A stretch of DNA of 64,000 bases from Planctomycetota bacterium (GCA_038231435.1 JBBRLJ010000013.1:32001-96000), one strand, 5' to 3'; numbered from the stretch's first letter, positions 41,594 through 54,180 are shown. Program-made: numbers and translations. The notes: generated by a model not told the origin, from the sequence alone.

Positions 41594-43666
41594 TCAGCGC
41601 GCCAGCTTCGTCGGAACAGGCTTCCCGGCGGTTGTCGGCTTGGTCGACGCCGGCTTGGCGCCAGTCTGCGGTCTGCTCCCGGCCAAGGCGGGATTCTGGC
41701 CAGCGCCCATGGCGAGGGCAGAGGTGCCGGCGGTGGGGGAAGCCTCGGCGACCTCGCTCGCGTGCTGGAGCAGATCCAGCGTCTCCATGCCGTCCTTCTT
41801 TCCAACGTTCGCCGCGGCCAGGCGAGCCTTGGCGATCGTCTGCTTGGCCTGATCGATGGCCCCGATCGAGACTGACAGCGCGGCGTAGTCCGCGAGGGCC
41901 TGGATCGGCGCGCCATCCTTGGCTGCGTAGCAGCGGGCGATGGCGTGGAAGCTGGCGGGTTGGAGCGTGGTCCATGGCAGCTGCATGGAACCCTCCTGCA
42001 GCTTCACGGTGACATCCTCTTCGGTCGCGCTCTGCACGGTGCCTGTCACGCTCTTGTGGTTGAAGTCTATGATCGTGGTCGGCGCCTGGCCGCCGCCGGT
42101 GATCGCGCGCTGGATGGTGCGCGCGGTGGCGCCCTCGGTGGCGGCCTGCAGGGCCTTGCGCTCGGTCGGCGTGAGTGACGGCTTGGACGCGCCAGCGGGT
42201 GGCGCCGGCGCGCCGGCGAACACGATCACGGTGAGCGAGTAGGCGGGCAGCTGGCGCGCCAGCGCCTTGTCGATCTTCATCGCCTTCGGCGCCGGCAGAT
42301 CCTCCTCGGCGGGTTTCGGCGCGGGCGTCTCGTTGTAGACGACATCGCTGTCGCCGATCTTGCCGGTGGCGCCGACCATGGTGTACACCTGCGCCAGCTT
42401 GCCCTCGGGCTTGAAAGCGGAGAACGACGCGCTGACGCCGATCTCGTGGTCGGACTTGTTGATGAGCATCAGCTGCAGCCCGCCGTTCCGGTCCTTGGTG
42501 GCGTAGGCGCTGAGCACGTTCGCCTCGTCCGCCGGATTGGTCAGAGGCAGCGCTAGCGAGCCCATGCGCGCGGCCATGGACAGCGCGTAGAATGTCGGGC
42601 TGGCTGTGTTCTCGCTCTTCGGCTCGCCTTTCATCGATAGCACGCCCCAGCCGTGATCGATGTGCTGCAGGCAGAAATGGGTGTGCCCGGCCACCCCGGT
42701 GCGCAGGAACATGCCGATGCAGTCCGCGCAGCCGAGTGCGTTGGCGAGCCCGTACGCCGAGGTGTTCTTGTCGCCGCCGCCCCAGTTCCATTCGGTGATG
42801 TACAAAGGCAGCGGGCGCGAGTCATAGTCGGTGAGGGTCTTGTGCAGGTAGTCCCAGCATCCCTGCCAGCCCTGGGCGGTGCCGCGGGTCTTCTCCCACG
42901 GCCCGTCACCGCCGCCTGGATACCAATGGATCGACACCGCGTCGGCGAGGCCGTCGCCCTTCTTGTCGCCGTGCGCGGCCATGAACTTCTCGATGGTCTT
43001 CTCGTGCCACCAGAACCAGGTGTTGGTGGCGGCCGGGCCCATCACCCGAGCCTTCGGATCGGCCTCGCGGATGGCCAGCACCTGTTCGGCGTACTTGGCG
43101 TTGTACCACGCGTAGTTCTGATCGAGGTTCTCCTTGTGCGGGCCGTCATTCTCGGGCTCGTTGCCGATCTCCCAGAAGGCGACCTTGATGCCCGCGGCGG
43201 CGGCGGCCTTGACCCAGGCGGCGGCGTGCGCGCCCGAGCTGTCGAATTTCGATTTCCCGCCCTTGACCTTGTCGTCGTACTCGCCGTCGTTGGCGATGTC
43301 GGTCTGGAAGATCATCTCCGCGCCGGCGTTGTGCGCGAACGACCAGGCCATGTCGGGCGTGATCGTCGACCAGCCGGTGTTCAGGGGCTGTTCCCAGTCG
43401 TACCACTGGCACGGGCATCCGCCGGGGAAGCGCAAGAGTCCGAGGCCCATCTGGGCGACGGCCTTGCGCGTGCCCGGGGTGTCGCCGGTGGAGTTCCACA
43501 GCGCGCACAGGTTGTTGCCGCTGAAACGTTCTGCGACCGCATGCAGGGTCGTCGCGTCATCGACCGCGAGCGCGATGTCCTCGGCGCGCACCTGGGTTCC
43601 TCCCATGGCCAAGGCGACGACCAGAGCGATGATGTCAGTGGACGACAGATGGACGCGGGGGTGCAT
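41594..43666 (-). CDS. Secreted clan GH-A glycoside hydrolase (GH44/51/79-like) with extra C-terminal domain
   Basis: LRFPGG, WEIGNEP (acid/base), SIHWYP, YITEWN (nucleophile); signal peptide. Confidence 0.82.
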   Translation of the reverse strand: MHPRVHLSSTDIIALVVALAMGGTQVRAEDIALAVDDATTLHAVAERFSGNNLCALWNSTGDTPGTRKAVAQMGLGLLRFPGGCPCQWYDWEQPLNTGWSTITPDMAWSFAHNAGAEMIFQTDIANDGEYDDKVKGGKSKFDSSGAHAAAWVKAAAAAGIKVAFWEIGNEPENDGPHKENLDQNYAWYNAKYAEQVLAIREADPKARVMGPAATNTWFWWHEKTIEKFMAAHGDKKGDGLADAVSIHWYPGGGDGPWEKTRGTAQGWQGCWDYLHKTLTDYDSRPLPLYITEWNWGGGDKNTSAYGLANALGCADCIGMFLRTGVAGHTHFCLQHIDHGWGVLSMKGEPKSENTASPTFYALSMAARMGSLALPLTNPADEANVLSAYATKDRNGGLQLMLINKSDHEIGVSASFSAFKPEGKLAQVYTMVGATGKIGDSDVVYNETPAPKPAEEDLPAPKAMKIDKALARQLPAYSLTVIVFAGAPAPPAGASKPSLTPTERKALQAATEGATARTIQRAITGGGQAPTTIIDFNHKSVTGTVQSATEEDVTVKLQEGSMQLPWTTLQPASFHAIARCYAAKDGAPIQALADYAALSVSIGAIDQAKQTIAKARLAAANVGKKDGMETLDLLQHASEVAEASPTAGTSALAMGAGQNPALAGSRPQTGAKPASTKPTTAGKPVPTKLAR

Positions 43667-43724
43667 GATTCCTCGGGATTCCGTGTTCATTCGACGCGTG
43701 GACAGGTATTGGGCAGGTATCTGG

Positions 43725-45143
43725 TCAGGGAGCGGAGTCGTGCACTTCGGCGGGCATGGCGACCGGAGAGGTGACGACCAGCGCGTCGATCGACAGCGGC
43801 ACGGCGCGGTCGCGGGACGTGGCGCGCAGGCCGAGATGCAGCCTTCCACCGGTCGAGCCGCCGGCGGAGATCCCGTCGGCATAGCGGAACCGCGCCACCG
43901 GCTCGTCGTCCACCAGCGCGCGCCATTCGTGTTCGGCGAACAGGAAGCGCACGCGATGCGTTCCGGCGGCGAGGTCGACTCGCGCCGGATCGCGGGCCTC
44001 GACCTCCCAGGCCACCGCTTCGCGCGCGCCGGGTTCGAGCGAGTCGAGCGCGAGCACGTCGATGCGCCAGCTCTGCGCGGTGACCGGACCGGTGAAGCTG
44101 AAGCTGAGCTCGGCGCCGCGCGCCAGGTCGATCGCTTCGCTGGTCGCGAGCATCGCGTCGTGCGCAGCGGTGTCGTCGGCGTCGATCTCGGCGCGCGTCG
44201 GCAGCTGCCACACCGGCAGCATGCCGAAGCGGCGCCAGCCCGCCCAGGCGATCGGCGCCGAGGCGCTCTTGCCGGCGCCGTGGACAGCCGGGCTCGCGAC
44301 CGACCCGGCGATCGCCGAGCGTCCGGCCGGGACCTCGACCGTCGCACCGTCGGCGAGGCGGAGCAGGCCGACCAGGCCGTGCTCGACCGCGAGGCGTGCG
44401 CCGGCGGGCTCGCGCGAGAACGTGAAGCGCGTGCCGATGACCGTCGCCTCGGCTTCCGACGCAACCACCTTCAGGGGTTTCCCGGGCGGCTGCTTGGCGA
44501 CTTCGGCGGTGACCGCGCCCGAGCCGAGCTCGATGCGCTTGCCGCTGCCGCCTTCGCGCAGCGTGGCCAGGGAATCGGCGCCGAGTTCGATGGTGGTATC
44601 TTCGTGGTTCCAGCGCACGGCCAGTACGCCGCCACTGGAAGCCAGGGCGTCGCCGTCGCGCACCTCCATGCCAGGAGACGCGGGGATGTCGTCGCCGCCG
44701 CGGTGCACCAGCGCCCCGGGCGCGGCATCGGAAATCACCGCGATCGCCGGGGCGAGCGGCACGGAAGGCTTGGCGAGGACCATCGCGCCCACCGCGACCG
44801 CGAGGCTGGCGGCGATCGCCGCGCCGGCGGTCCACCACGGCCAGCGCGGTGCGTGGCTGGGGATGAGGCTGGCGATGGGGATAGCGGCGGCCGCTGCGGC
44901 GGTCGCCGTCGCCGCGGGCGCGCGGATGAGCGCGACGCTCAGCAGGGTGTGGTCGAGGAAGCGGCGGCGGTTGGCCGGATCATCGAGCGCCGCGGCGAAA
45001 GCGAGCTCCTCGGCTGGCGTCAGCTCGCCCGCCTGGTGCTTGACGATCAGCTCGGAGAGACTCTCAGCTTGGCCGCTGCCATCGACATCGCCTTTGCCAT
45101 TGCCAAAGCTGGGCGCGCCGCGTGCGGGATCTTCGGCGCTCAT
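43725..45143 (-). CDS. FecR-domain anti-sigma factor
   Basis: TM segment, then LGSGAVTAEVAKQP, ATVIGTRF, LAVEHGLV; beta-rich C-terminal domain. Confidence 0.82.
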   Translation of the reverse strand: MSAEDPARGAPSFGNGKGDVDGSGQAESLSELIVKHQAGELTPAEELAFAAALDDPANRRRFLDHTLLSVALIRAPAATATAAAAAAIPIASLIPSHAPRWPWWTAGAAIAASLAVAVGAMVLAKPSVPLAPAIAVISDAAPGALVHRGGDDIPASPGMEVRDGDALASSGGVLAVRWNHEDTTIELGADSLATLREGGSGKRIELGSGAVTAEVAKQPPGKPLKVVASEAEATVIGTRFTFSREPAGARLAVEHGLVGLLRLADGATVEVPAGRSAIAGSVASPAVHGAGKSASAPIAWAGWRRFGMLPVWQLPTRAEIDADDTAAHDAMLATSEAIDLARGAELSFSFTGPVTAQSWRIDVLALDSLEPGAREAVAWEVEARDPARVDLAAGTHRVRFLFAEHEWRALVDDEPVARFRYADGISAGGSTGGRLHLGLRATSRDRAVPLSIDALVVTSPVAMPAEVHDSAP

Positions 45144-45667
45144 GGCTGGGCCTCCGCGAGCCGCCGGCCAATGCAGTCGAGCAGCTGGTCGCGGATGCGC
45201 GCGAGCGCGGTGATGACACCGCGCGGCGTGCGCCGCGTGGCCGCCGAGATGTCGGCGATGGGCAGGTCGCGCTGGTAGCGCAGCTCGAGCAGCTCACGCG
45301 CCGGCGCCTGCAGCTGCGCGCGGCAGCCCGAGAGCGCGTCCTTCATCAGGCCGATGCGCTCCAGTCGTTCGTCACCTTCATCGAAGGCGCGGTCGATGAG
45401 GTCGAGCAGGCGGTCGCCGGGCACGGTCTTCGAGGTGCGCTGCTCGCGCCAGTGCTTGAGCGCCAAGTTGCGTCCGACTCCGCGACACCAGGCCTCGAGA
45501 TCGGCGATCACCTCGCCGCGCTCGAGCGCGTCGGCCAGGGCGACGTAGACTTCCTGGAACAGGTCCTCGGCCAGCGAGCGATCCCGGACGACCGCCAGGA
45601 GGTAGGCGTAGAGCCGTTCGCGGATGTCGAGGAAGGCAGCGCCAGCGAGCTTGAGATTGGCGAGCAT
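45140..45667 (-). CDS. ECF sigma-70 factor
   Basis: AEDLFQEV, AWCRGVGRN, LLELRY...IADIS; ATGA overlap with the FecR gene. Confidence 0.9.
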   Translation of the reverse strand: MLANLKLAGAAFLDIRERLYAYLLAVVRDRSLAEDLFQEVYVALADALERGEVIADLEAWCRGVGRNLALKHWREQRTSKTVPGDRLLDLIDRAFDEGDERLERIGLMKDALSGCRAQLQAPARELLELRYQRDLPIADISAATRRTPRGVITALARIRDQLLDCIGRRLAEAQP

Positions 45668-45772
45668 GGTCACTCAGAGGGTTCCCCGACGACTCTCGGG
45701 TAAGCCCACGGCCGCGTGCCGGCATCGGGCTATGTGTGACACCCCTCGGTGAAAATACGATTCAAACGAAGC

Positions 45773-48020
<2,248 letters not shown>

Positions 48021-48069
48021 GGACCCGTATCTTGCCCGACGAGCACCCCACACAAGCCGCTTTCTGTTT

Positions 48070-48170
48070 CGGGGGCTTCGCCGCCGAGCCCCCACGTCCT
48101 TTGTCGTCCTGCTATTTTTGCGGGGGCTTCGCCCCCGGGCCCCCACGCGCCTTTGTCGTCCTTCTTTTTG
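48070..48170. repeat. Repeat family C, tandem about 50-bp palindromic unit x2
   Basis: CGGGGGCTTCGCC(G/C)CCG(A/G)GCCCCCACG..CCTTTGTCGTCCT...TTTTTG twice; partial third copy near 48264-48288. Confidence 0.8.
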
Positions 48171-48321
48171 TCCGCCGGGCGGCCAAAAAGTTTGCGTGAT
48201 GGGCTGCGCCCATTGTTCACGCAAACCAGGACTCGGCGGCCGGTGGCTTCGCCACAGGTTAGACGGGGGCTTGCCCCCGAACCCCCGCAAGGCCAACGAT
48301 CCGCGCTGTGATGCCATAAGT

Positions 48322-48481
48322 CGGGGGCCCCATCGCTCCGCGATGGGGCGGGCGCCGAGGGGCGGTCGGCGGATACAATCGGCGTAGCCGATCCGCCGAC
48401 GATTTCGCAGCGCAGCGGAGAAATCGAGCCGCGACAAAGCCCGTGGGGTAGGCCGCAGGCCGTAGGGGCGGAGCCCCTGAC
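48322..48481. repeat. Repeat family A, full copy
   Basis: Matches 8670-8827. Confidence 0.88.
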
Positions 48482-48501
48482 ACAAACAGCGAGCCCCTGA
48501 C

Positions 48502-49266
48502 TTAAGAATGCCTGCGCCAGAGCGGCTCGTGCGCGTAGCGCACGCGGTCGAGGCACAGGCCGTGGGCGGGGGCCTGCTGCTCGCCGGCGGGGGAGTCGTC
48601 GCCGCGCAGGGCGCGTTCGAGGTCGTCGCGCGAGCAGGTGCCGTTCGCGACCGCCACCATTGCGCCAACCAGGCTGCGTGCCAAGCGGTAGATGAAGCCG
48701 CTGCCATCGAGCGTGCAGATCAGCGCCTTGCCTTCGGTGTGCCACGCGACCGATTCGATGGTGCGGATGGTGTCCTCGCGCGCCTCGCCGCGGCGCGAGA
48801 AGGCGCGCCAGTCGCGGCGTCCGGGGATCGGCGCGGCGGCTGCGCGCAGCGCCTCGAGCGAGAGGCGGAAGGGCGGACGCCACGAGGTGCGGCGGACGAA
48901 GGGATCGGCGTTGGTGCCGTTGTCGATGCGATAGGTGTAGGTCTTGCCCACCGCCATGTGGGTCGCGTGCCAGTCGTCGTCGACGTCGGCGACGGCCAGG
49001 CAGGCGAGATCCGCGGGCAGCTGCGCCGCGAGAGCGTGGTGGAGCGCCTCTGGCGTCCACGGTCGCGCGAGCTTGGCGTGCGCCACCTGGCGGCGTGCGT
49101 GCACGCCGGCGTCGGTGCGTGAGGCGCCAACCGGCGCGGCGGCCGGCTCGCCAATGCGCGCGAAGGCCGCATCGAGCTCGCCAGCGACGCTGCGCCCGTC
49201 CTTCTGACGCCACCAGCCGAGGAAGTCGGTTCCATCGTACGCGAGGAGCAGGGCATGTTGCGGCAT
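48502..49266 (-). CDS. truA: tRNA pseudouridine(38-40) synthase
   Basis: YDGTDF.GW, SRTDAGVHA, GSGF, APAHGLCL. Confidence 0.92.
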   Translation of the reverse strand: MPQHALLLAYDGTDFLGWWRQKDGRSVAGELDAAFARIGEPAAAPVGASRTDAGVHARRQVAHAKLARPWTPEALHHALAAQLPADLACLAVADVDDDWHATHMAVGKTYTYRIDNGTNADPFVRRTSWRPPFRLSLEALRAAAAPIPGRRDWRAFSRRGEAREDTIRTIESVAWHTEGKALICTLDGSGFIYRLARSLVGAMVAVANGTCSRDDLERALRGDDSPAGEQQAPAHGLCLDRVRYAHEPLWRRHS

Positions 49267-49373
49267 GGGAGCGAGGTGCTGTGGAGGTGTGGGCGTGGGT
49301 GTACGGCGTGCGGCGGGCCTGCCGACAATGCCGGCATGCTAGGTTGCCGCTTGGCCGACGCTAGATTGCCGTC

Positions 49374-50171
49374 ATGGCTCAGGCGCACGATCCAGGTGAC
49401 TCCGCGCCGCACGCCGCGCGCCGCACGCCGGACGCCCTGCCGATCGTCTACATCGCCGGAGACGTCCATCTGCACGGCGACGAAGGCGATGGGGCGCCCT
49501 TCCTGCGTTTCCTGGATCTGCTGGGACAGCGTCCGCCTGCGCGACTGGTGCTGCTCGGCGATCTCTTCGAGTACTGGCTCGAGACCGGCGCGGCGGCGAG
49601 CCGCTACGCGCTCGCACTCGAGCGCCTGCGCGGGCTCAAGGACGCAGGCTGGCGGCTCGACCTGGTGCGTGGCAACCGCGAGCTGGCCGGCGGTCGCCTG
49701 CTCGCGGCGCGCACCGGCTGCGCGATGCACTGGCCCAAGCTCGATGTCGAGCTCGGGCCAGCGCGCGTGCGCGTGGTGCACGGCGACCGCCTCTGTCACG
49801 ATCCCGGCTATCACTTCTTCTCGGCCTGGATCCGCAGCTTCTGGCACCGCAGCTGGCAGGATCTGCATCCGGCGTTCGTCCAGGACGCGGTGGCGCGCGG
49901 ACTGCGTCGCCGCAGTCGCTCGAAGCAGCTCGCGCGCCCGCGCTCGACGGTCGCGCCAGCGAAACGCCGGGTGTTCATCGATCGGCGCCGCGTGCAGGGC
50001 GCGGCGCGCGGTGTCGACACGGTGGTCGCCGGACACATCCATGAATCGTGGCGCCGCGAGATCGGCGGCGTCGACCTGATCCTGGTCGGCGATTGGCCAG
50101 GCACGATCGGCCATTGGCTCGAAGGCCACGCCGACGGTCGCATCGAGTGCGTCGAGCGGGATTTCGCCTAG
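49374..50171 (+). CDS. lpxH: UDP-2,3-diacylglucosamine hydrolase-like metallophosphoesterase
   Basis: DVHL, LGDLFEYW, GNRE, HGD, GHIH. Confidence 0.72.
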   Translation: MAQAHDPGDSAPHAARRTPDALPIVYIAGDVHLHGDEGDGAPFLRFLDLLGQRPPARLVLLGDLFEYWLETGAAASRYALALERLRGLKDAGWRLDLVRGNRELAGGRLLAARTGCAMHWPKLDVELGPARVRVVHGDRLCHDPGYHFFSAWIRSFWHRSWQDLHPAFVQDAVARGLRRRSRSKQLARPRSTVAPAKRRVFIDRRRVQGAARGVDTVVAGHIHESWRREIGGVDLILVGDWPGTIGHWLEGHADGRIECVERDFA

Positions 50172-50245
50172 CCGTCGGCGCCGACCACGGGTCGGGGCGC
50201 TGCAATGTCTACAACCGACACTATCGTGCTGTCCGAGGTACCCCC

Positions 50246-51040
50246 ATGTCCAGCTTCCGCGCCTCCAACCAGATGGCGGCCTTCTTCGGCGTCATGACCT
50301 TCGTGACGCTCGGCACCGCGGTGGCGTACGCGCTGGTGCACTGGCTGGGGATCCCGACGGGATCGTTCAGCGTCTGGCTGGTCTCGCTGCTGATGTTGTG
50401 GTGGCTGGTGGTGGTGGTCACCCTGCCGTGGAACCTGCACTTCCAGGCGCGCGCGGTGATCGCCGATGCGTTGCGCTCGCAGGAACAGTCCATCCGCGTC
50501 GAGGCCCGTGACCTCAGCTACGTCAAACGCTGGGCGAAACTCTCGCTGATCGCGGCGATCGCCCTGCACCTGCTGTCCGCCGGCGGCTTCTATCTGCTGG
50601 CCGCGTATGACGTCACGCCGGTCGGGTATTACGGTGCGGTCGCCGCGCTGGCCCTGGTCGGATTGCGACCGGCGATCCGCGCCTACGAGTACGTCGCTGA
50701 GCGCATCGCCCAGATCGGCAAGGAGGTGCGCTTCCCGCGCGACGATGTGCTCGCGCTGCGCTCCGAGGTGGAGCAGCTGCAGCGGAGCGTGAAGGCGCAC
50801 GCGGATCGCCTGGATCTCGAGGTTCCGGAATCATGGGCGGCGAAGAGCGAGGCCACCATTCGCGCGCTGCGCGCCGACATCGAGGCGTCACGCGCCGCGC
50901 TCGAGGATCTCCGCCGCGCCAACGAGGATGACCACCGCCAACTCGCGCGCGGCGCCGAGCAGGCGGCAGCGCGCATCGGCGAGGACGCGCAAGTGCTCGG
51001 CCACGTGCGCGAGCTGGTGCGGTTCTTCAAACAAGCGTGA
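50246..51040 (+). CDS. Membrane protein with C-terminal coiled coil
   Basis: Four hydrophobic segments, then heptad helices. Confidence 0.7.
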   Translation: MSSFRASNQMAAFFGVMTFVTLGTAVAYALVHWLGIPTGSFSVWLVSLLMLWWLVVVVTLPWNLHFQARAVIADALRSQEQSIRVEARDLSYVKRWAKLSLIAAIALHLLSAGGFYLLAAYDVTPVGYYGAVAALALVGLRPAIRAYEYVAERIAQIGKEVRFPRDDVLALRSEVEQLQRSVKAHADRLDLEVPESWAAKSEATIRALRADIEASRAALEDLRRANEDDHRQLARGAEQAAARIGEDAQVLGHVRELVRFFKQA

Positions 51041-51115
51041 GGTCGTACAGAGGCGGCGCCGTGACGGCGCGAGGACCGTCCGGGCGAAGCTGGCCGAGGA
51101 TGCGCGGTCGCTGAT

Positions 51116-51550
51116 TCAGGCGGCGACGGCGACGCCCTGGTGGTAGGCGGTGCGCGCAACCAGGCGGCCGTTCAGGTCCCAGGATTTCCAGGTGCCGGTC
51201 GGAACACCGTCGGCGTATTCGGATTGGCTGGCGAGCGCGCCATCGGCGTGCCACTGCGTCCAGCGGCCATCGGGGCGACCATTGCAGAAGCGGCCCGCCG
51301 CTTCCTTGGTGCCGTCCTCGCGGCGCGAAACGTACGCGCCGTGCGCGACGCCCATGTGGAACTCGACGTCGCGGCGCGTGCTGCCGCCGATGCCCCAGAA
51401 CATCCAGCGGCCATGGCGCATGCCGTTGACGGTATGGCCCTCGCTGAGGATGCCGCCGTCCACGCACAGGGTGACGGTCGCCTCGCAGACCTCGCCGCCA
51501 TCGGCATCGAGCACCAGCACCGTCTCGTCGCTGAGGAGTTCGTCGTTCAT
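51116..51550 (-). CDS. MORN-variant repeat protein (YwqK-like)
   Basis: Repeated G..HG.W / G.PDG.W / G.PTG.W units. Confidence 0.75.
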   Translation of the reverse strand: MNDELLSDETVLVLDADGGEVCEATVTLCVDGGILSEGHTVNGMRHGRWMFWGIGGSTRRDVEFHMGVAHGAYVSRREDGTKEAAGRFCNGRPDGRWTQWHADGALASQSEYADGVPTGTWKSWDLNGRLVARTAYHQGVAVAA

Positions 51551-51677
51551 GCTAGAAGAACGGCGGCGCCCGGGGTTATGACAGCCTTTCTGGACGGCGC
51601 GGCGCGGTCTCCTGGAGCCCCTGGGAGCGCCGATGCAAGCGCTTGGGCGCGGAGGGTTTGGCCATACGCTGCCGGAG

Positions 51678-52820
51678 ATGACCTTTGCCACCATCCCTGA
51701 AGTCCTGGCCGCGCTCAAACGCGGGGAGATCGTCATCCTCGTCGATGACGAGGAGCGCGAGAACGAAGGCGACGTGATCATGGCCGCCGAGTTCGCAGAC
51801 GCGAAATCGATCGCCTTCATGGCCACCAAGGCCTGCGGCCTGATCTGCCTGCCGATGGAAGGGCGCATGCTCGACCGCCTCGGCCTGCCGCTGATGAGCC
51901 GCGACGAGCACTCGCGCTACGGCACCGCGTTCACGCTGTCGATCGAGGCGCGCCATGGCGTGACCACCGGCATCAGCGCGGCGGATCGCGCGCACACCAT
52001 CCGCACCGCCATCACCGACGACGCCAAGCCGGAAGACATCGTGGTGCCGGGCCACGTATTCCCACTGCGCGCGCGCGATGGCGGCGTGCTGGTGCGCGCC
52101 GGGCACACCGAGGCGACCGTCGACCTGCCGCGCCTGGCCGGGCTCAAACCCGCGGGCGTGCTCTGCGAGATCATGAAGCCCGACGGCACCATGGCGCGCC
52201 TGCCCGACCTCATCGAGTTCGCGCGCACGCATAAATTGCTGCTCGCGACCATCGCCGACGTCATCGCTTACCGCGAGGCGCGCGAGAGCCTGGTCGAGCT
52301 CGCCGCCGAGGGCGCGGTCGACACCGACCACGGTTCGTTCCGCGCCTATTCGTACCGCAACGTCCTCAACGGCGAGCACCACCTGGCGTTCGTCGCCGGC
52401 GATCGCCTGCGCCCCGGAGCCGAATGCCACGAGCCGGTGCTGGTGCGGGTGCACAAGGAATCGGTGCTCAGCGACGTCTTCGTGCGCGCGCCCGGAGCCA
52501 TCGATCCGCGCACCTGCATGGCGCAGATCGCCGCGGCCGGAGAGGGCGTGATGCTCTACGTCCACGACTCCGCGGGCCGCAGCGCGCCTGCGCAGCTGGT
52601 GGGCCTCGGCGGAATCGACCATCGCGGCACGCCGCAGTCGCAGATCTCGACCGATCCACGCGACTATGGCATCGGCGCGCAGATCCTGCATCACCTCGGC
52701 GTGCGCCGCATGCGTCTGATCACCGGCAGTGATCGGCACATCAGCGCGCTGTCAGGGCATGGGCTCGAACTGGTCGAGCGCGTGCGGCCCACCGGCAAGG
52801 CCTCCGGAGGGGCGGCCTGA
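51678..52820 (+). CDS. ribB: DHBP synthase fused to a degenerate GTP cyclohydrolase II domain (RibBX-type)
   Basis: DDEERENEGD, TTGISAADR, PGHVFPL, RAGHTE; C-terminal domain lacks the Zn cysteines. Confidence 0.9.
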   Translation: MTFATIPEVLAALKRGEIVILVDDEERENEGDVIMAAEFADAKSIAFMATKACGLICLPMEGRMLDRLGLPLMSRDEHSRYGTAFTLSIEARHGVTTGISAADRAHTIRTAITDDAKPEDIVVPGHVFPLRARDGGVLVRAGHTEATVDLPRLAGLKPAGVLCEIMKPDGTMARLPDLIEFARTHKLLLATIADVIAYREARESLVELAAEGAVDTDHGSFRAYSYRNVLNGEHHLAFVAGDRLRPGAECHEPVLVRVHKESVLSDVFVRAPGAIDPRTCMAQIAAAGEGVMLYVHDSAGRSAPAQLVGLGGIDHRGTPQSQISTDPRDYGIGAQILHHLGVRRMRLITGSDRHISALSGHGLELVERVRPTGKASGGAA

Positions 52821-53419
52821 TGGCCGAGGACCTGATGGCGCGCGAGCTGCCGGCGGAGCTCGCCCTCCTCGTCGATTCCGAACTCGAGAACGGCGAACGC
52901 ATCGCGTGGACGGGGCAGCCGCGTCTGCGGCCGTTCCCCCTCGGCTCAATTCCGCTGGTGCTGTTCGGCCTCCCCTGGACCGCGTTCTCGGTGTTCTGGA
53001 TGTGGGCCGCATCCGGCGGCATGACCCGGCACGCTGCCACCGCCGAGGCGGTCCAGACCACGCCCATGGACGTGATGTCGATGGTGTTCCCATGGTTCGG
53101 CTTGCCGTTCGTGCTGATCGGGGTCGCGTTGCTGACCTCGCCACTGTGGATGCACGTCGCCGCGCGCCGGACCGCATACGTCATCACCGATCGCAGGGCC
53201 TTCATCCTGAAGCGGGGACGCACGGTGGGCGTGCGCAGCTTCACCGCGTCGGATCTGCGCGGGGTGGAACGCACCCAATACGCGGACGGATCCGGAAACG
53301 TCGTGCTCCAGGCGCCACTCATCGCCACCGGCAGCGACCGGCTGCCGGTGGTGGCATTCCTCGGCGTCCCCGACGTCAAGCACGTCGAGGAGTTGCTGAG
53401 GAACCTTCCCAAGCGGTAG
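52820..53419 (+). CDS. Membrane protein with bacterial PH-like domain
   Basis: GERIAW.GQP, two TM segments, YVITDRR, DGSG. Confidence 0.7.
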   Translation: MAEDLMARELPAELALLVDSELENGERIAWTGQPRLRPFPLGSIPLVLFGLPWTAFSVFWMWAASGGMTRHAATAEAVQTTPMDVMSMVFPWFGLPFVLIGVALLTSPLWMHVAARRTAYVITDRRAFILKRGRTVGVRSFTASDLRGVERTQYADGSGNVVLQAPLIATGSDRLPVVAFLGVPDVKHVEELLRNLPKR

Positions 53420-53529
53420 AAGCTGCCTGCCCGTGGGTGGCCAGTCAGCGGTCGAATGGGCAGGGACGGGGCCGGGGACGGCACTTGCCCAGCGGGCGCG
53501 CGCGTAGAATGCGCGGACAGGGAGTCGCC

Positions 53530-53886
53530 ATGCTCAGAGAGATGCTCCAGGCCAAGCTGCACCGCGGAGTCATCACCGAGTGCCGCCTCGAGTACGTCGG
53601 CAGCCTCACCGTCGACATCGATCTGATGGAGCGGGTCGGGATGATCGAGCACCAGAAGATCCAGCTGCTCAACTGCAACAACGGCTATCGGCTCGAGACC
53701 TACCTGATCGCGGGCGAGCGCGGCAAACGCGAGATGAAGGTCAACGGCGCGGCAGCGCGCCACGCCTACCCGGGTGATCGGGTGATCGTCGCGGCCTTCT
53801 GCATGTATTCGGAAACGGAGCTGAAAGGCTATCAGCCCAAGGTGCTGGTCCTGAACGAGCGCAATGAGGTCGTCGACGGCAAGTAG
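53530..53886 (+). CDS. panD: Aspartate 1-decarboxylase
   Basis: AKLHR, YVGSLTVD (GS cleavage site), NG.RLETY, NGAAA. Confidence 0.95.
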   Translation: MLREMLQAKLHRGVITECRLEYVGSLTVDIDLMERVGMIEHQKIQLLNCNNGYRLETYLIAGERGKREMKVNGAAARHAYPGDRVIVAAFCMYSETELKGYQPKVLVLNERNEVVDGK

Positions 53887-53979
53887 GCCGCCCGTCCCAT
53901 CGACGGCTGTCTAACGTGCAAGCAGACGATGTGGCCGGATGAAGGCCGCATGTCTACACCTCGGTGCGCACGAGCCACC

Positions 53980-54180
53980 ATGACGACGTCCGACCATCAG
54001 ACTCCGACCCCGTTCGAGGATCCGCTGCGCGAAGCCGTCGAGCTCGCGAAGCGGATCAACCGCCGCCTCAGCGAGCGCGTCCTGCCTCCGGAGAACGGGA
54101 TCCCCGCGCCGCCGAGAGCAGAACCCGCGGCTGACGCGGCTCCTGACGACGCGCCTCCGCCCGGCCGAACCCAGGCCTGA
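53980..54180 (+). CDS. Small hypothetical protein
   Basis: Short co-directional ORF filling the panD-queC gap. Confidence 0.4.
   Translation: MTTSDHQTPTPFEDPLREAVELAKRINRRLSERVLPPENGIPAPPRAEPAADAAPDDAPPPGRTQA

Noticed and set aside
43667..44464. Apparent N-terminal extension of the glycoside hydrolase
   Set aside because: It is an out-of-frame overlap with the FecR gene; the signal peptide begins near 43666.
51116..51550. Toxin-antitoxin system around the YwqK-like gene
   Set aside because: No adjacent toxin gene; MORN-variant proteins are often standalone.
53485..53510. Sigma-70 promoter TTGCCC...TAGAAT before panD
   Set aside because: The spacer is only 14 bp, so only the -10 element is plausible.
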